The notes under the pieces were generated by a model. That model did no database searches and was not told the DNA's origin. It was given only the letters and a program-made list of their open reading frames with translations. 64,000 nt of DNA from the NCBI RefSeq assembly GCF_001194135.2, contig NC_068996.1, forward strand, positions 52,444,664 through 52,508,663, read 5' to 3'. The number at the start of each line of letters is the position of its first letter. Within the stretch, counting starts at the first letter, position 1. The position numbers and the translations under genes were made by a program. This document shows, one piece after another, positions 50,777 through 63,713 of this stretch. Origin of the DNA: Octopus bimaculoides (lineage: Eukaryota).

Positions 50777-52959
50777 CATACACATTCACATGCTTTCTGT
50801 ACTGAATTCACTACAGGTGTGTGGTTAATAAACTGGCTTCTTGACCATTTGATTCCAGGTTCACTCTCACTGCATGGTATCTTGGGAAAATGTCTTCCAC
50901 AATGGCCTGGGGCAGACAAAAGCCTTGTGAGGGAATTTAGTTGACACAAACTGAAAGAAGACCACCATGGTGTCATCATCATTTAATGTTCCTGTTCCGT
51001 GCTGGCATGGATTGGATGGTTTGACAGGAGCAGATAAGTCCAGTCTCTGCTTTAGCATGATTTCTATGGCTTGGATGCCCTTCCTAATGCCAACCGACCA
51101 ATTTACTGCATGTTCTGGGTGCTTTTATTGTTCTGCTAGCATTAGTGATGTTGCCAAAAGGCAGCAAGATGGCAGAATCATTAGTACGTCAGGAGAAATG
51201 CTCAGCGTTATTTTGTCTGTTGCTATGTTCTGAGTTCAAATTCCACTGAGGTTGACTTTACCTTTCATCCTTTCAGGGTCGGTAAATTAAGTACCAGTGA
51301 AACACAGGTCGATGTAATCGACTACTACCCCCCACACACACACAATTTCAGGCCCTGTGCCTATATTAGAAAGGATTAGTGATGTTGCCATGCAGGTCAC
51401 AAGACCATGGAACCTGAGGTAGGATGGGAGAGCAGCTTTATGCTAGGAATTGAGGGTAGGGTTAGGGTTTGAAGTGGGTGGGGAACAGGTTCTTGTTGTG
51501 GAGAGGCTACGTGGTTACTCACATTTAGAAGAATGGGTGAGAGTGTTCTGCAAGAGCTGCAAATAGTGATGGTTTGTTCAGGTGGACTCCTCAAGATGAT
51601 AAGGTGTGAATAGTAGTGATGGAGACAGAGGAACTAGGAGTGTGGGGTGGGTCAGTTGGGATTTATAAAGAGTGTAGGGGTGGAGCAAGAGATGGTAAAA
51701 TGGAAGGTAAGCAATATTTGGGTAGGGTTGAAGTGTGGATAAGGAGTGGGGTGGGATGTGTCCGTTGTGCAGGGAAGTGGGGGAGGGGGGAGCAGCAGCT
51801 ACTCAAGGACAGCTACTGCAGTGAAGATATAGTTGATGGAGGTGGAGGGTGGTGCAAGAGAGAAATGACATGTTATTGGGTAGGCTACAGTAGTGGGGGG
51901 GGGGGAGGTAGGGAGGCAGGTGTAGTGCACAAAGGGAAATAATCTGATGGTTCAATATGGGGGGAGGGGGATTAATGTAATGTGTGTGAGTATGAATATA
52001 TGTGTATGTATATATATATTTATTCTGTGTAAGTCAAGAAATGATGAGAGAGAATTTTCAGCATCATTATCATTTTCCATGTTGGAATGGGTTGGATGGT
52101 TTGACAGGGGCTGCCTAGTCAGAAGACTGCACCAAGCTTCACTGTCTGTTTTGGCAGGGTTTTTACAGCTGGATGCTCTTCCTAACACCAACCACCCTGC
52201 AGAGTGGACTGAGTGCTTTTTATATGGTAACAACACTGGCAGAGTCACCAAGAAACTCACAAGACAAAGATCTTTTGAGAGGAAATAAGGCATTGGCAGA
52301 GGTGTTTCTTGTGTCAGATGATGAAAGGTACAAGAAAATAAGTTTTCGTTATACATATTGACTTTAAAAAAATCATCTGACATTGAGGCATATTAATCTG
52401 TGATGGAAAAAATAGGCATTTTTTTCTGTCATAGGTTTTATATGCTCCAATGTTAGACTATTTTTTATTGTCAATATGTATAGTGAAAACTTATTTACAA
52501 AATATATATTTATATACGAGTGTGTAATGGTTAAATGTGTATCATGGTGAATAGATGCAAAAGGAATGTGTATGCTTTTGAAGTAAACAAATGAGTGAAT
52601 CGATTCATAGTTAAAAATAATTTATTCGATTTGTCGTTGGTACACATAATTCTTCACTACATGCAAAATGTTGACAACTGCTACGAGTTGCTAGAAATAG
52701 AAACAGGGTACATCTGTGGAAATGATATGTCAGAAATGAATATATGTTTGTGTGTGTGTGCGTGTGCGTGCGCATGTATGTAGCTCATCTGAGACAGTAG
52801 TCTACCGTGGAACTTTGAACATTGCTCTGGGTCTCTGCGAAAGGCTGTCGTAGACCTTTCTCGTTAGCCTACTAGGCCTTTCTCTTCATCTGTCTGTCTG
52901 TTAACCACCATATTTATAATAATCGTGGCAGCTAGAAGGGCAGACATATTGCAGCAGAG

Positions 52960-53300
52960 TTTGTACCTAAATAGGTCAGCTCCTGTCCATTTGAACTTCC
53001 CTGACATGGCTGAGATCATAGGTCAAAGAGAGATGATCAATCACTTTTTGACAGGACACCTGTTGATTGTGGTTTCAAATCTAGGCTTGGAGAAGGAAGT
53101 GTTAATTTTTACAAGTGTATGTGTTGCACTTGTCTGTGAAACAAATATCTGCAATTGCTTGTATGAGAGTGTTATTGGCAGCAGTGTTGTTAGCTTCTCT
53201 TATCAATAAATCATCCAGGTACCTCGTTCCATTGAATCCATGAGGAATAAATGATTCTTTATTTGAAAATTTGGTAAAGGTTAGCATTGAAGAAAGGCAT
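52960..53300 (-). mobile_element. Possible Penelope-like RT remnant
   Basis: GFNGTRYLDDLL (YxDD) in ORF 53102..53368; the remainder is heavily decayed. Confidence 0.4.
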
Positions 53301-53703
53301 CTGGATGTAGGAAAATTCCTCAAATAACATTTGTCCACCCTAACAAAGCATGGAAAAATGTACATCAATGAATGGGTGATATTTATATCAGAGTGGGGGA
53401 GTGAGACTTAACCCTTTTGATACCAATCCACTTGAGACCAATCCCTTCTGGTTCTGTGATATAAACTTCTTATTTTAAAGTGATCTAAATTAAAACCTTT
53501 CATTAAAATTTCATGCTTATTTATACTTTAAAAGTTAGCTTAATAATGACAGTTATTTTAATAAATTCTTCGTTATTTTTCAAAATTAACTGAAACTAAG
53601 GTAGTGTATAATAAGAGGAATATGGTAAGAAAAGGGTTATGGTGTTTCAACATTTGTGAATCAGTTGATAATCTTTTATGATATTGAAAATTCTTGTTTT
53701 CAG

Positions 53704-53854
53704 ATTAGTCCTTCTTTCAAAAGAAATTTTGCAATTTTACTCAAGAAACGAGCTCAAAAGCATCCGTTTGAAAGAGTGCCTACACCATATCAAGTGTACA
53801 GTTGGGTTTCTCCCCAAATGGATCATACCATTGATTACATTCGAGCTGAAGATG
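53704..53854 (+). CDS. CLUH: CLUH exon 9 ([12 protein letters not shown]...[15 protein letters not shown]...RAED)
   Basis: ttttcag| ... GATG|gtaagt; HPFER and QVYSW motifs. Confidence 0.95.
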
Positions 53855-55723
53855 GTAAGTCATTTATATATTTCATTGTGAGATAAGTTATTGGGCTAAT
53901 CTGGTTTTCCTTATTGTTTGGCAGAAATTAAGAATTCACTGTAGATTAACCCTTTAGCATTTAATCCGGCCATGTCCAGCTCAAATATTCAACCAGTTTT
54001 TTGTTAGTGACTAGATCCAACCTCTCACACTTACCCTGCAATGTCATTCTAAAAATATACAATGACATCATTGAAACCTCAAAGCTACGAGATAATGCAT
54101 GATTAATTCAAAATAATGTCAATAAATAAGCAATACATTTGACAGAGTAATCTGAATGCTAAAGAGTTAAAATGTTAAAACATAACCAAGAGACAGAAGA
54201 TTGACGGTTTGTAATTATAATGAAAATTGAAAGTGGATCAAAATGGTATGTATGTTACTATGGTGAGAGTAGGGATTGAACCGGTTGCCTTTTCTTAGTT
54301 GTTATTTTCTAACTCAGTCAAGGACAACCTGCAGCTAGTGGGATTTCCTGAATAGTGTGCCTAATGAAAAATTACCATTGGTATTTTTAGTAGTCCTGCT
54401 TGTTTGATGAGAAGTCATGCCTCAAATGGCTTGTTTTTTGAAAAAGGTGCCATATAAAAAGTACCGAATACAGTCTGTAAAGTGGAAGGTTATCCAGTTG
54501 TAGAAACCCTGCCAAAACAAACAATTGGAGCCTGCTGCAGTTCTCTGGCTTGCCAGTTCCTTGTCTGCCTTCCATGCTAGCAAGGGTTAAACAGTTTGAT
54601 GTTAATGATGATGATGTTGTCCATGCCTGCCCTAGAGATTAAGTATTTGTCTTTGTGCAGCTGCTGCAGTTTTAATATGAATTATTTCTGATTATCAGCT
54701 GTCATGACCATATTTCCCAGTTTCCTATGGAACTATCATGTTTCCCTTTTCTGTATAATGATTGTATGTATTGGTTTCAATAGGATGGTTTGATAGGGGC
54801 TGGCAAGCTGGAGAGCAACACCAGGCTCCACTTGTTTGTTTTGGTATGGTTTCTGTGACTGGGTGCTTTCCTAATGCCAACCACTTTACAGAGTGTACTA
54901 GGTGCTTTTTACGTGGTGCCAGCACTTGTACTTTTTATGTAGCACTCAACACCAGCAGGATGACTGAGAGAAAACTCTCAGCTGGGAGTCAGAGTAGTAT
55001 TGATGGAGGTGGCTTTGCACCAGTTGAAAGTTAAAATACAATAGAGGGATAGAAATAGGTATCTTGGTATAGAGGGAATGCTTGGATACCCCAATTGGAA
55101 AAGAAAAGAAAGAAATTGTTAGAGAGGAAAATAGGAAGGCAAACGAGAGTGAGTGAGAGAGAGAGATGGAGTTGTTTTGGGACATATATAGAAGGTACAG
55201 TGAGGGTGAATATAAGTAGTACAGAGGATTGGACAGAGAGAGAGCGAGATGAGCAGGGAGGGTTACAGTGGGGAATGTTTTTTAAGGGTGTTATGGGAGA
55301 TTATTGGAGTTGGGGCAGAAGTAATTGTAGCAAGTGATAGGAGTGGCTTGTTGGTGGGGATGGCTATGGTAGATATGTGAGAGCATTGAGGGTGATTGTG
55401 TGTGGGAAGAGTGGAAGGGGGAATACGTCAGGTAGTGATCATGGGTGAGGAAAAGGTGGAATTCCAGTAGAGCAGCATTTACTTAGTCATATTTCTAATA
55501 GAATGTATATTGCTTCTCTACTAAACTTGCCTGAGTTAGCGTCCTCAGAGCCAAGTCCTCTCCAGATGTTTTAAATCTCAATCAGTTTGTGTTGAAATTA
55601 TATTCTGCTATTTAAACTCAAATTGTAGAGTAAAAATTGTAGTAAGTCTCATTGATAATGGTTAAAACTTAACTGGAAACTGATGACAAAATGGATGTAC
55701 TTATATATCATTTTATCTATTAG

Positions 55724-55860
55724 CATTTTCAACACGGTTGGGATATGAAGAACATATACCTGGCCAGACTCGTGATTGGAATGAAGAGATTCAGACAACC
55801 AGAGAATTATCAAGAAAGACTTTACCTGACAGACTTATTCGTGAAAGAGCTATATTTAAG
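55724..55860 (+). CDS. CLUH: CLUH exon 10 ([46 protein letters not shown])
   Basis: ctattag| ... AAG|gtttgt; RDWNEE marks the start of the CLU domain. Confidence 0.96.
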
Positions 55861-56354
55861 GTTTGTAACATTGTTAAATTACTCTGCTTAGATAGAAAGC
55901 TTGGTTATTTTATTTCTACAAGATTTTGTTTCTTATATTTTTAAGTTCTAGAATTGGTGATTTATAAAATAAGCAGCAGTAGTATACTTTTTAGTACAAT
56001 TGACTGTCTCTCCTATAAAAAAGAACTTAGGTTGAGAGAAAAATAACTATTTATGTAAATACTGTGAATGATTAAAAAAGAAACCATTTTTAAAATATAT
56101 TTTTATTGGAAAATTAAATTCAGAATTGAAATAATGTGCAGTTTATTTCTGTAAAGATATTTCAATATCATGACTTCAATTGAACTTTAAAACAAAATAA
56201 CCCATTACATTCAATGACCCCTACTATTTGGTGACCTGATTTCACATTTAAACCTGCTATATTTTACAACCCCAACCTGGGAACAACCAGGCTATTTTTA
56301 CATTAACACACTTTTCTTTTGTTACATATTTATTTATTTTATTTCCTCTTTAAG

Positions 56355-56446
56355 GTAAACAGTGATTTTGTATCAGCTGCAACCCGAGGTGCTATGGCTG
56401 TGATTGATGGGAATGTTATGGCCATTAATCCAGGAGAGGATGCAAA
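56355..56446 (+). CDS. CLUH: CLUH exon 11 ([31 protein letters not shown])
   Basis: ctctttaag| ... AA|gtaagt; [19 protein letters not shown]. Confidence 0.96.
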
Positions 56447-57419
56447 GTAAGTATTAAAAATACTCCTCTACTTCTTTGTATGTTTTGGGTGTCAACTTAC
56501 ATCTTCCTGCTCTGTAATACATGTTCTTCCCTTGTCCACTTCTTGTTATGTGTTAGATATTCCCTCTCCTTTCACTTAACAGCTCTGTCTTTAGAGATGT
56601 CACTACATGATAACTTTCCAGGTCTGTTTTCTTTGAAACTTTTTATAATGTTTACTTTTCTTTAGTAATATTATGTTCATCCTTTCGTTAGATCACTATT
56701 AACTTGTAGCAATGTTTTAAAGGAAAACCAGTTTTACTTTCTGTTGACATACTTTATATTTTCCTTTTTATTACCTTAGTCTTCTAGCTGTCTTTCTCTC
56801 CAGCTAGGACATTTTTTTGAAAAATTAAACAACCTCAGGTCATTTCATGTGCAGATTATAAGAAGTTTGTTTCCTAACCACATGGTTCTCAATTCAATTC
56901 CCATTGCATGGCACTTTGGATGAAAGCCATATGATTGGATTTGGTAAGTGGAAACTGAAAGAAGCTTGTGTATGTATGTATATATATATATATATATACG
57001 CACACAATATATTATATGGTGTCATGCAAATGACACCTGTGCCAGTGGCATGTAAAAGCACCCATTACACTCTCGGAGTGGTTGGTGTTAGGGAGAGCAT
57101 CCAACTGTAGAAACCATGTCAAATCAGACTGGAGTCTGATGCAGCCTTCCAGCTTGCCACCCATGGTCAAACCATCCCACCCATGCCAGCAAGGAAAAAC
57201 CAGACATTAAATGATGATGATGAATACCAATATCAAAACCATTTATATCTTGCACAAGACCTGTAGCTCTGTTTAGTTACATCAGAATATTTGCTTTACT
57301 TCAGCTTGGTATTATCAACAGATTTTATTTAACCATTATAACGTTGCATTGAACTATAAGAATTTACTATTTATTTTTTATGAGTTACATTAAAATGAAT
57401 GTCTAACGTGTTTTCACAG

Positions 57420-57522
57420 GATGCAAATGTTTATTTGGAACAATATTTTCTTCTCTCTTGGATTTGATGTCCGTGATCATTACAAAGATTTTGGTGGAGA
57501 TGCTGCTGCTTACGCTGCACCT
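57420..57522 (+). CDS. CLUH: CLUH exon 12 ([34 protein letters not shown])
   Basis: ttttcacag| ... CCT|gtaaga; near-invariant CLU-domain motif. Confidence 0.96.
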
Positions 57523-58794
57523 GTAAGATAATTTTCATGATGTAAAAAAAAAAAAATATTGGTGATTCTTCATTTTGTGTATGTGAGTGTATGTGAGATA
57601 TTGTACTGTTTTAAACACAGTTTCCTTCTACACTTGATAGTTTTGGAAAATATGGCTATTTCTATGTTATTGAAGTAATTAATTTTTACTGTTGGATGAC
57701 CTTCCTTCTATTAACTACTCAATAGTGATGAATTGGTAGCACTTTTTGTAGGCCAGGTAGGCTGTGGAACTAGAGTTGTTGTCTTGCCTAAGGGTACAAA
57801 TCAATGTCTATAGCTAGTTTTGAACTCCTGCTCATATAGCCAGTAGTATAGCATCTTAACTGTACAACCATGTATGTATGTATGTATGTATGTGTGTATG
57901 TATGTATGTATGTATGTATCATTGTATGTATGTATGTATGTATGTATGTATACATACATACATGGCTGCATAGTTAATATATATATATATATTTGCTAGT
58001 AGGGACACTGTATTTTGTTATGCAGTCATAATACTCTATCAAGTATATTAAACACTTTTATTAGCAGTGTCAATCAGTTACTTTTTAAAGTTATCCCTAC
58101 AGATTTTCTACAGAAATTAGAGCCAGCACTGAAAGTTATGACGTTTTGTATACAAATATGTCAATGTAAACAATGTAATCAAAAATGGGTTGGATTTGGT
58201 ACTGAAAAAAGAGCAAGAACTGAAATGTGTATATACACCTATTACCTGTTTTTCTATCTTTGATTGCATTGTTTATATATGAAACATTGTAACTTTCTGT
58301 GCTGGCTCTAAATTCTATCAAAAATTTATAGAAATAACTTTAAAAAGATGTGTGTGTGTGTTGTGTATTATGATAGTGGTTTATTTAAAGTACCCTGTTG
58401 TACATTTTAAAACGTCTATAATACTATTTAATTATGTGTAGTTCCTAGCATTTGAAACTGCCAAATTAAATTACCTTACTGATGCAGAATTGTCTTTTAG
58501 TTTGTTTTTTTTAGTTTTTTTTTAAGCAAACAGTGAATATTTATGTAGTTTCTTAACCAGTTTAATGAAGCAGACAAGTGTTTAGCAGTAATCTTTGAGA
58601 TGTGGCTTTAATTTTAATTAACATGGCTTACATGAAAGACAGTATGGTTAGTTAAAAATGTTAATTGATTCACCTGTCTATTTCCATATCATAGCAAGAT
58701 TATAAGAAAAGAAATAACAAGCATCTTAATTCTTTTGATGTTATAATTGAGTTGTTCTTAACAGTTTTATAACTTTTTATTTTATCTAATATAG

Positions 58795-58915
58795 GGAAAT
58801 GACCTTCAAGGAGTAAAAGCTTATTTTGGAATTGACCCTGAAGGTCTGTATATGCTTGGAACTATTGTTGTAGATTACCGTGGCTATCGCATAACAGGCC
58901 AGTCAATTATTCCAG
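58795..58915 (+). CDS. CLUH: CLUH exon 13 ([40 protein letters not shown])
   Basis: aatatag| ... CCAG|gtactt; VVDYRGYR motif. Confidence 0.95.
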
Positions 58916-58997
58916 GTACTTTTTACTTAATCTTATTTTTTCTTGTTTGCTGTTTTTGTGAAAATACTTGTAAATATTTATGTACTTTTTTTTTTTG

Positions 58998-59039
<42 letters not shown>

Positions 59040-59353
59040 AAACTTAGATATTTTAATTTGACACCTGTTATCAACTTCAGGTATGAAGATTACAAAAGTA
59101 TTTAGGTTTGAAAAGCTGCATTCAATAAAGTAATATTTGCGTTTGTGAACTTTATTTATATATTAAATAACTACATTGATCTCTTTTACTCCTCTAATTC
59201 TATTCCAAATTCTACACAGCTTATGAATAATGCCTGTAATTTTGTAGATTATGTTGCAGATATGACACATGAAATTTTTTAGCAACTCTCTTCTTTGTCA
59301 TTGTTTACCTGTTTTATTTGGTACTGAAAATTATCTTATTTTTCACTTTTAAG

Positions 59354-59445
59354 GTATTTTGGAAAGGGATCAAGAACAGTCAGTTGTTTATGGATCAGTT
59401 GACTTTGGAAAAACTGTTGTTAGTAATCCAAAGTATGAAGAATTG
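59354..59445 (+). CDS. CLUH: CLUH exon 14 ([31 protein letters not shown])
   Basis: cttttaag| ... TTG|gtaggt; phase 1/0. Confidence 0.95.
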
Positions 59446-61407
59446 GTAGGTTTTATTTAGTTGATATTAACTGTTTAATTTCTGATATATAACTTTTTTT
59501 ATATGATGTGGGTACAAATGTATGTTATGGGCAATATTTCAAGCAGTCTTTATAAAAATCATTTGTGGACTGGCACTTTTTTTTTTATTGAACCACTCCT
59601 CCTTTTGAAAGACAGAAAGGCAAATTTGACATTGATAGCATTTTAGTTCAGAGTACAGATCCCTAACAAATGCAGAAAATATTTCAAGCCAACACTTGAT
59701 GATAGCTTGTCCAATTCACCACTTTGTCCACACCACATAACAACTCATCTTGTGAAATAATGTGGCAGGAAAAGGTTTAATTTACATACAGAAATATTTG
59801 TGTAGCACTAAAACAATTATTTTCTTTATCTAAAAGGGAAAAACAAGTATAATTGCTTAATAATTAACAACTTTTAAATAGATAGTTAAAACTGAGTGAT
59901 TCTGGTTAACTTTAGACTATGTATCGTGTAAATTTGTACCATGTTAAATTTAAACTATGTATTAAATTGTTCTTAGAAGAAAAAGATCATTGAATTTTGG
60001 GAGAATTTCCAATCCTATCTTCATCTAAGCTAAGTACACTCTTCTGTAATAAGTTCCTATTTTTGCCATAGGTATCCTAAGGCTTCTCCTAACAGGACCT
60101 ATTCCATTGTATTGCTTCTATATTGGTGACCTTGGTGCCATCACTCCTGTCCTGAGTGTAGCTAAACATAGTTATCCAAGAATAACTACTAAGTTCAGGT
60201 TTAGAAATTCAATTGTCTTTTTATACATTTGTATATATTTCTCCTCGAAATTGATCCTATGATATTTCTGTTGAGATTTAGATTTAAGGTTTAATCAATA
60301 TTATTATATTTGGTAATTTTATAATAGCAGCACTATACTACCTATGCAAATAAGTAACACACCTGTTGACATGTATTGCAACCAGTCACATTTTATGTTG
60401 GCTTTGATAAAATGTATGTAGACATCAAAAGAATTACCATGGATTTTGCAACAAAATGTAATCATTTTAATTCATCATCATCGTTTAACGTCCGCTTTCC
60501 ATGCTGGCATGGGTTGGACGATTTGACTGAGGACTGGTGGACCAAGTGGCTACACCAGGCTCCAATCTGATTTGGCAGAGTTTCTACAGCTGGATGCCCT
60601 TTCTAACGCCAACCACTCCGAGAGTGTAGTGGGTGCTTTTATGTGCCACCGGCACGAAGGNNNNNNNNNNAGCTGGATGCCCTTTCTAACGCCAACCACT
60701 CCGAGAGTGTAGTGGGTGCTTTTATGTGCCACCGGCACGAAGGCCAGTCAGGCGGTTCTGGCAACGGCCACGCTCAAAATGGTGTATTTTTACGTGCCAC
60801 CTGCACAGGAGCCAGTCCAGCAGTACTGGCAACGATCTTGCTCAAATGTCTTTTCACGTGCTACTGGCACAAGTGCCAGGAAGGCGGAAAATTGTCTTAG
60901 AAAGATGATATGAATATTGAACTTTCATCCATCAATCAGCTATTTTCAGTGAGTCTATGACAACAAAGCCGCCCTGGTAGCCAATATCAGTTGCAGAAAA
61001 CATCACAGCTAAAAAATGTGAATTTTACATCTTGTGTGGCATTTTTCTTGACTAAATTATAAATAAATACGTGGTTGATCTGAGAGAAGATAAAATTGAG
61101 ATGCAACACTCCCGTAACAGAGTTTATTTATGATAAATTTATGGTGTTACACTTTATTCAAGTATATTGTCACAACATTGTACTTACATGCTCAAAATCA
61201 TACATTTTTGCCCTACAAAATCACTTTAAAATATCTTTCAATATGTCTATAATGAAACGTGCTGAACAAAATTGCATTCTTTGTTCTTTATTAAGGAAAC
61301 TCTGAGCATTTCTTTTTGAAGTAAACTCTACCAACACTTTCGTGTTCTATTTTGTATTTATTATATTTATAATTAATGCTTGTTATATTTTTCTTACGTA
61401 TTTGTAG

Positions 61408-61448
61408 CTCAAGAAAACTGCCCTTGCTCTTAAAATTCAACCTCACAA
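61408..61448 (+). CDS. CLUH: CLUH exon 15 (LKKTALALKIQPHK)
   Basis: tttgtag| ... AA|gtgagt; 41 nt; bridges phase 0 to phase 2 as required by the flanking exons. Confidence 0.88.
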
Positions 61449-61518
61449 GTGAGTCACTTTTTAAAATTTTCTATTCTGTCATTTGTACCACATAATCGCA
61501 TGCACGCACACACACACT

Positions 61519-61556
<38 letters not shown>

Positions 61557-62137
61557 GCTCTAATGTTCCTTTTAATATTAATATTTGTCCTAAAGCCACT
61601 AAACTAAATCCTAGGCAGTGCCCCAGCATGGCCACAGTCCAATGAGTGAAGCAAATAAAAGATGAAAAAGAAAGAGTGTGTTTTGTCAGTTAATGATGAG
61701 ATTCACTGAATCATTTCATCTATAAAAACATAAAAATGGATGTAAGCATCATCTTCATCATCATTGTTTAACATCCATTTTCCATGCTGGCATGGATTGG
61801 ACGGTTTGACTGAGGACTGGCAAGCCAAGATTTTGCATCGGGCCCCAGTCTGATCTGGCAAGGTTTCTATAGCTGGATGCCCTTCCTAATGCCAACCACT
61901 CCAAGAATGTAGTGGGTGCTTTTTATGTGCCACCACCAGCACGGGGGCCAGTCAGGTGGCACTGGCATCGACCACACTTGAATAGTACTTTTTACATGTC
62001 ACTGGCACAGGAGCCAGTCAGGTGGCACTGGCAACGACCGCGCTCGAATGGTGCATAGCAATAGCAATAAAATTATCATTATTTCATTGCACAGTTTCAT
62101 TAAGTTATTCAAAATATGTTGAATTAAAATATTTCAG

Positions 62138-62192
62138 GGTTATAAATTCTAAAAATGAAGAGATTGAGCTGTATTCCTCAGTTGAATGTAAG
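62138..62192 (+). CDS. CLUH: CLUH exon 16 (VINSKNEEIELYSSVECK); gene continues beyond the window
   Basis: atttcag| ... AAG|gtgagg; EL(C/Y)SSVECK motif. Confidence 0.93.
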
Positions 62193-63713
62193 GTGAGGAA
62201 CTTTTAATTATTTCTATACTTTAAATTTGACATTGTCTTCATTAAATACTTTTTTTTTGTTTATGTGAAATGAATGTTATTAGTCATCTGTACTAGCTAT
62301 TACTTTTTACTTTTACTCTCATGGACCTTCATGGTCTACTGGGCTGCTGCTTTGGTTTTCCATGATGCTAAGTGAGTAAAAGACAAAATTCTCTTCTTGA
62401 TAGGATTCCAGTCTGTTTATCAAAAGAAACTTTTACCACAAGTGGATTCGAATTCAAGCTAATGAACCACTCCTCAATTTTATAGCACTGCAACTTACAG
62501 TATGGAAATTCACCATCCTGTGGTGTTACTTGAAGCTTGGTGAACTGAGCCAATGTAAGTTAAGTGTACTGATGATACAATATAAACAACCAATTGTTTA
62601 GCTATTGTCTGGTACCCAACTGCCTTTTTTTATTGCCTAGCACACAGAAGTGGGGCAGTGCCTATAACCTTTCCAGGCCTTTCTACACTGGTGAGGTCAA
62701 TATCGTTGATGTTTACAATCAACTTATACACCTAAATGTATTTATATGTGTATTATTTTCGGTCTATGAACAAAGAGAAATACACATAACCTTGTCTTGC
62801 CACATAATTTTTTTGTAGATGTTTTGTGTATTGAATTTAAACATTTAAAAAATATTTTTATCAATATGTTGAGTTGTTGAATGTTCTATTTACATCATAA
62901 AAATATTTTTATTGGAATAAACTCAAGTAATTATTCAAAACCTGACATGTACCAAAATATTTACCTAAGTAATGTATTTATGTGAAAAACTACATTATAA
63001 TAAAAATTTAGAAACCTTGGTTTTCTCCTGCAACAAAACATGGGATTTGAGAATAACAAATATTTTTGGCTCTTTTTTGTCTTTATAAAAAAAAAATTTA
63101 AATATTAAATGCTTTAGTCATATGAGGGAGGACTGCATGCATGGCCTTTTCTCTTTGTCTTTGGAACTGGAAGGGAAAAGAGCAGGAAAATATTATGGCT
63201 CATCGGTTTGCCTCCTTCTGCTCCAATATTCTATACTAATCACTATGTTCAGTTCTTCTGGCCAATAGTCATTACTCCAAGCTAAACTAAAAAAAAAAAG
63301 AAATTAAACACTGAGAGCCAGTCCACTTGTTTACAGCATTAGCAGAGTGGACTCTGCTAAAGTCATCCAGCCTTTAGCTAGTGGCTTTAAACTGGGTGAC
63401 AGATTTAAGCTAACCACCCAAGAGTAGTTACAGTTCTTCTAACTGGCTTCTATATAGTCTGTCTACTCAATTTTAAGGTTTCACTTGATGTAAGAATCTA
63501 ATAAAAGACAATGGATCAAACTACTCTATGTAGAGAATACATTTGTATCTATGTGATTCTGAAGTGAATATCTTAAACAAGTAGCCAAAACTGCATGGAA
63601 TTATTTATTTTAAAACAAAAGTTGATTTACATTAAGAATGTATATGTAAAGCTAGTTTAGTATTTTCTAAAAATTCTTATTCAATTTTTTAAGAATTATT
63701 GGTACATGTTTCC

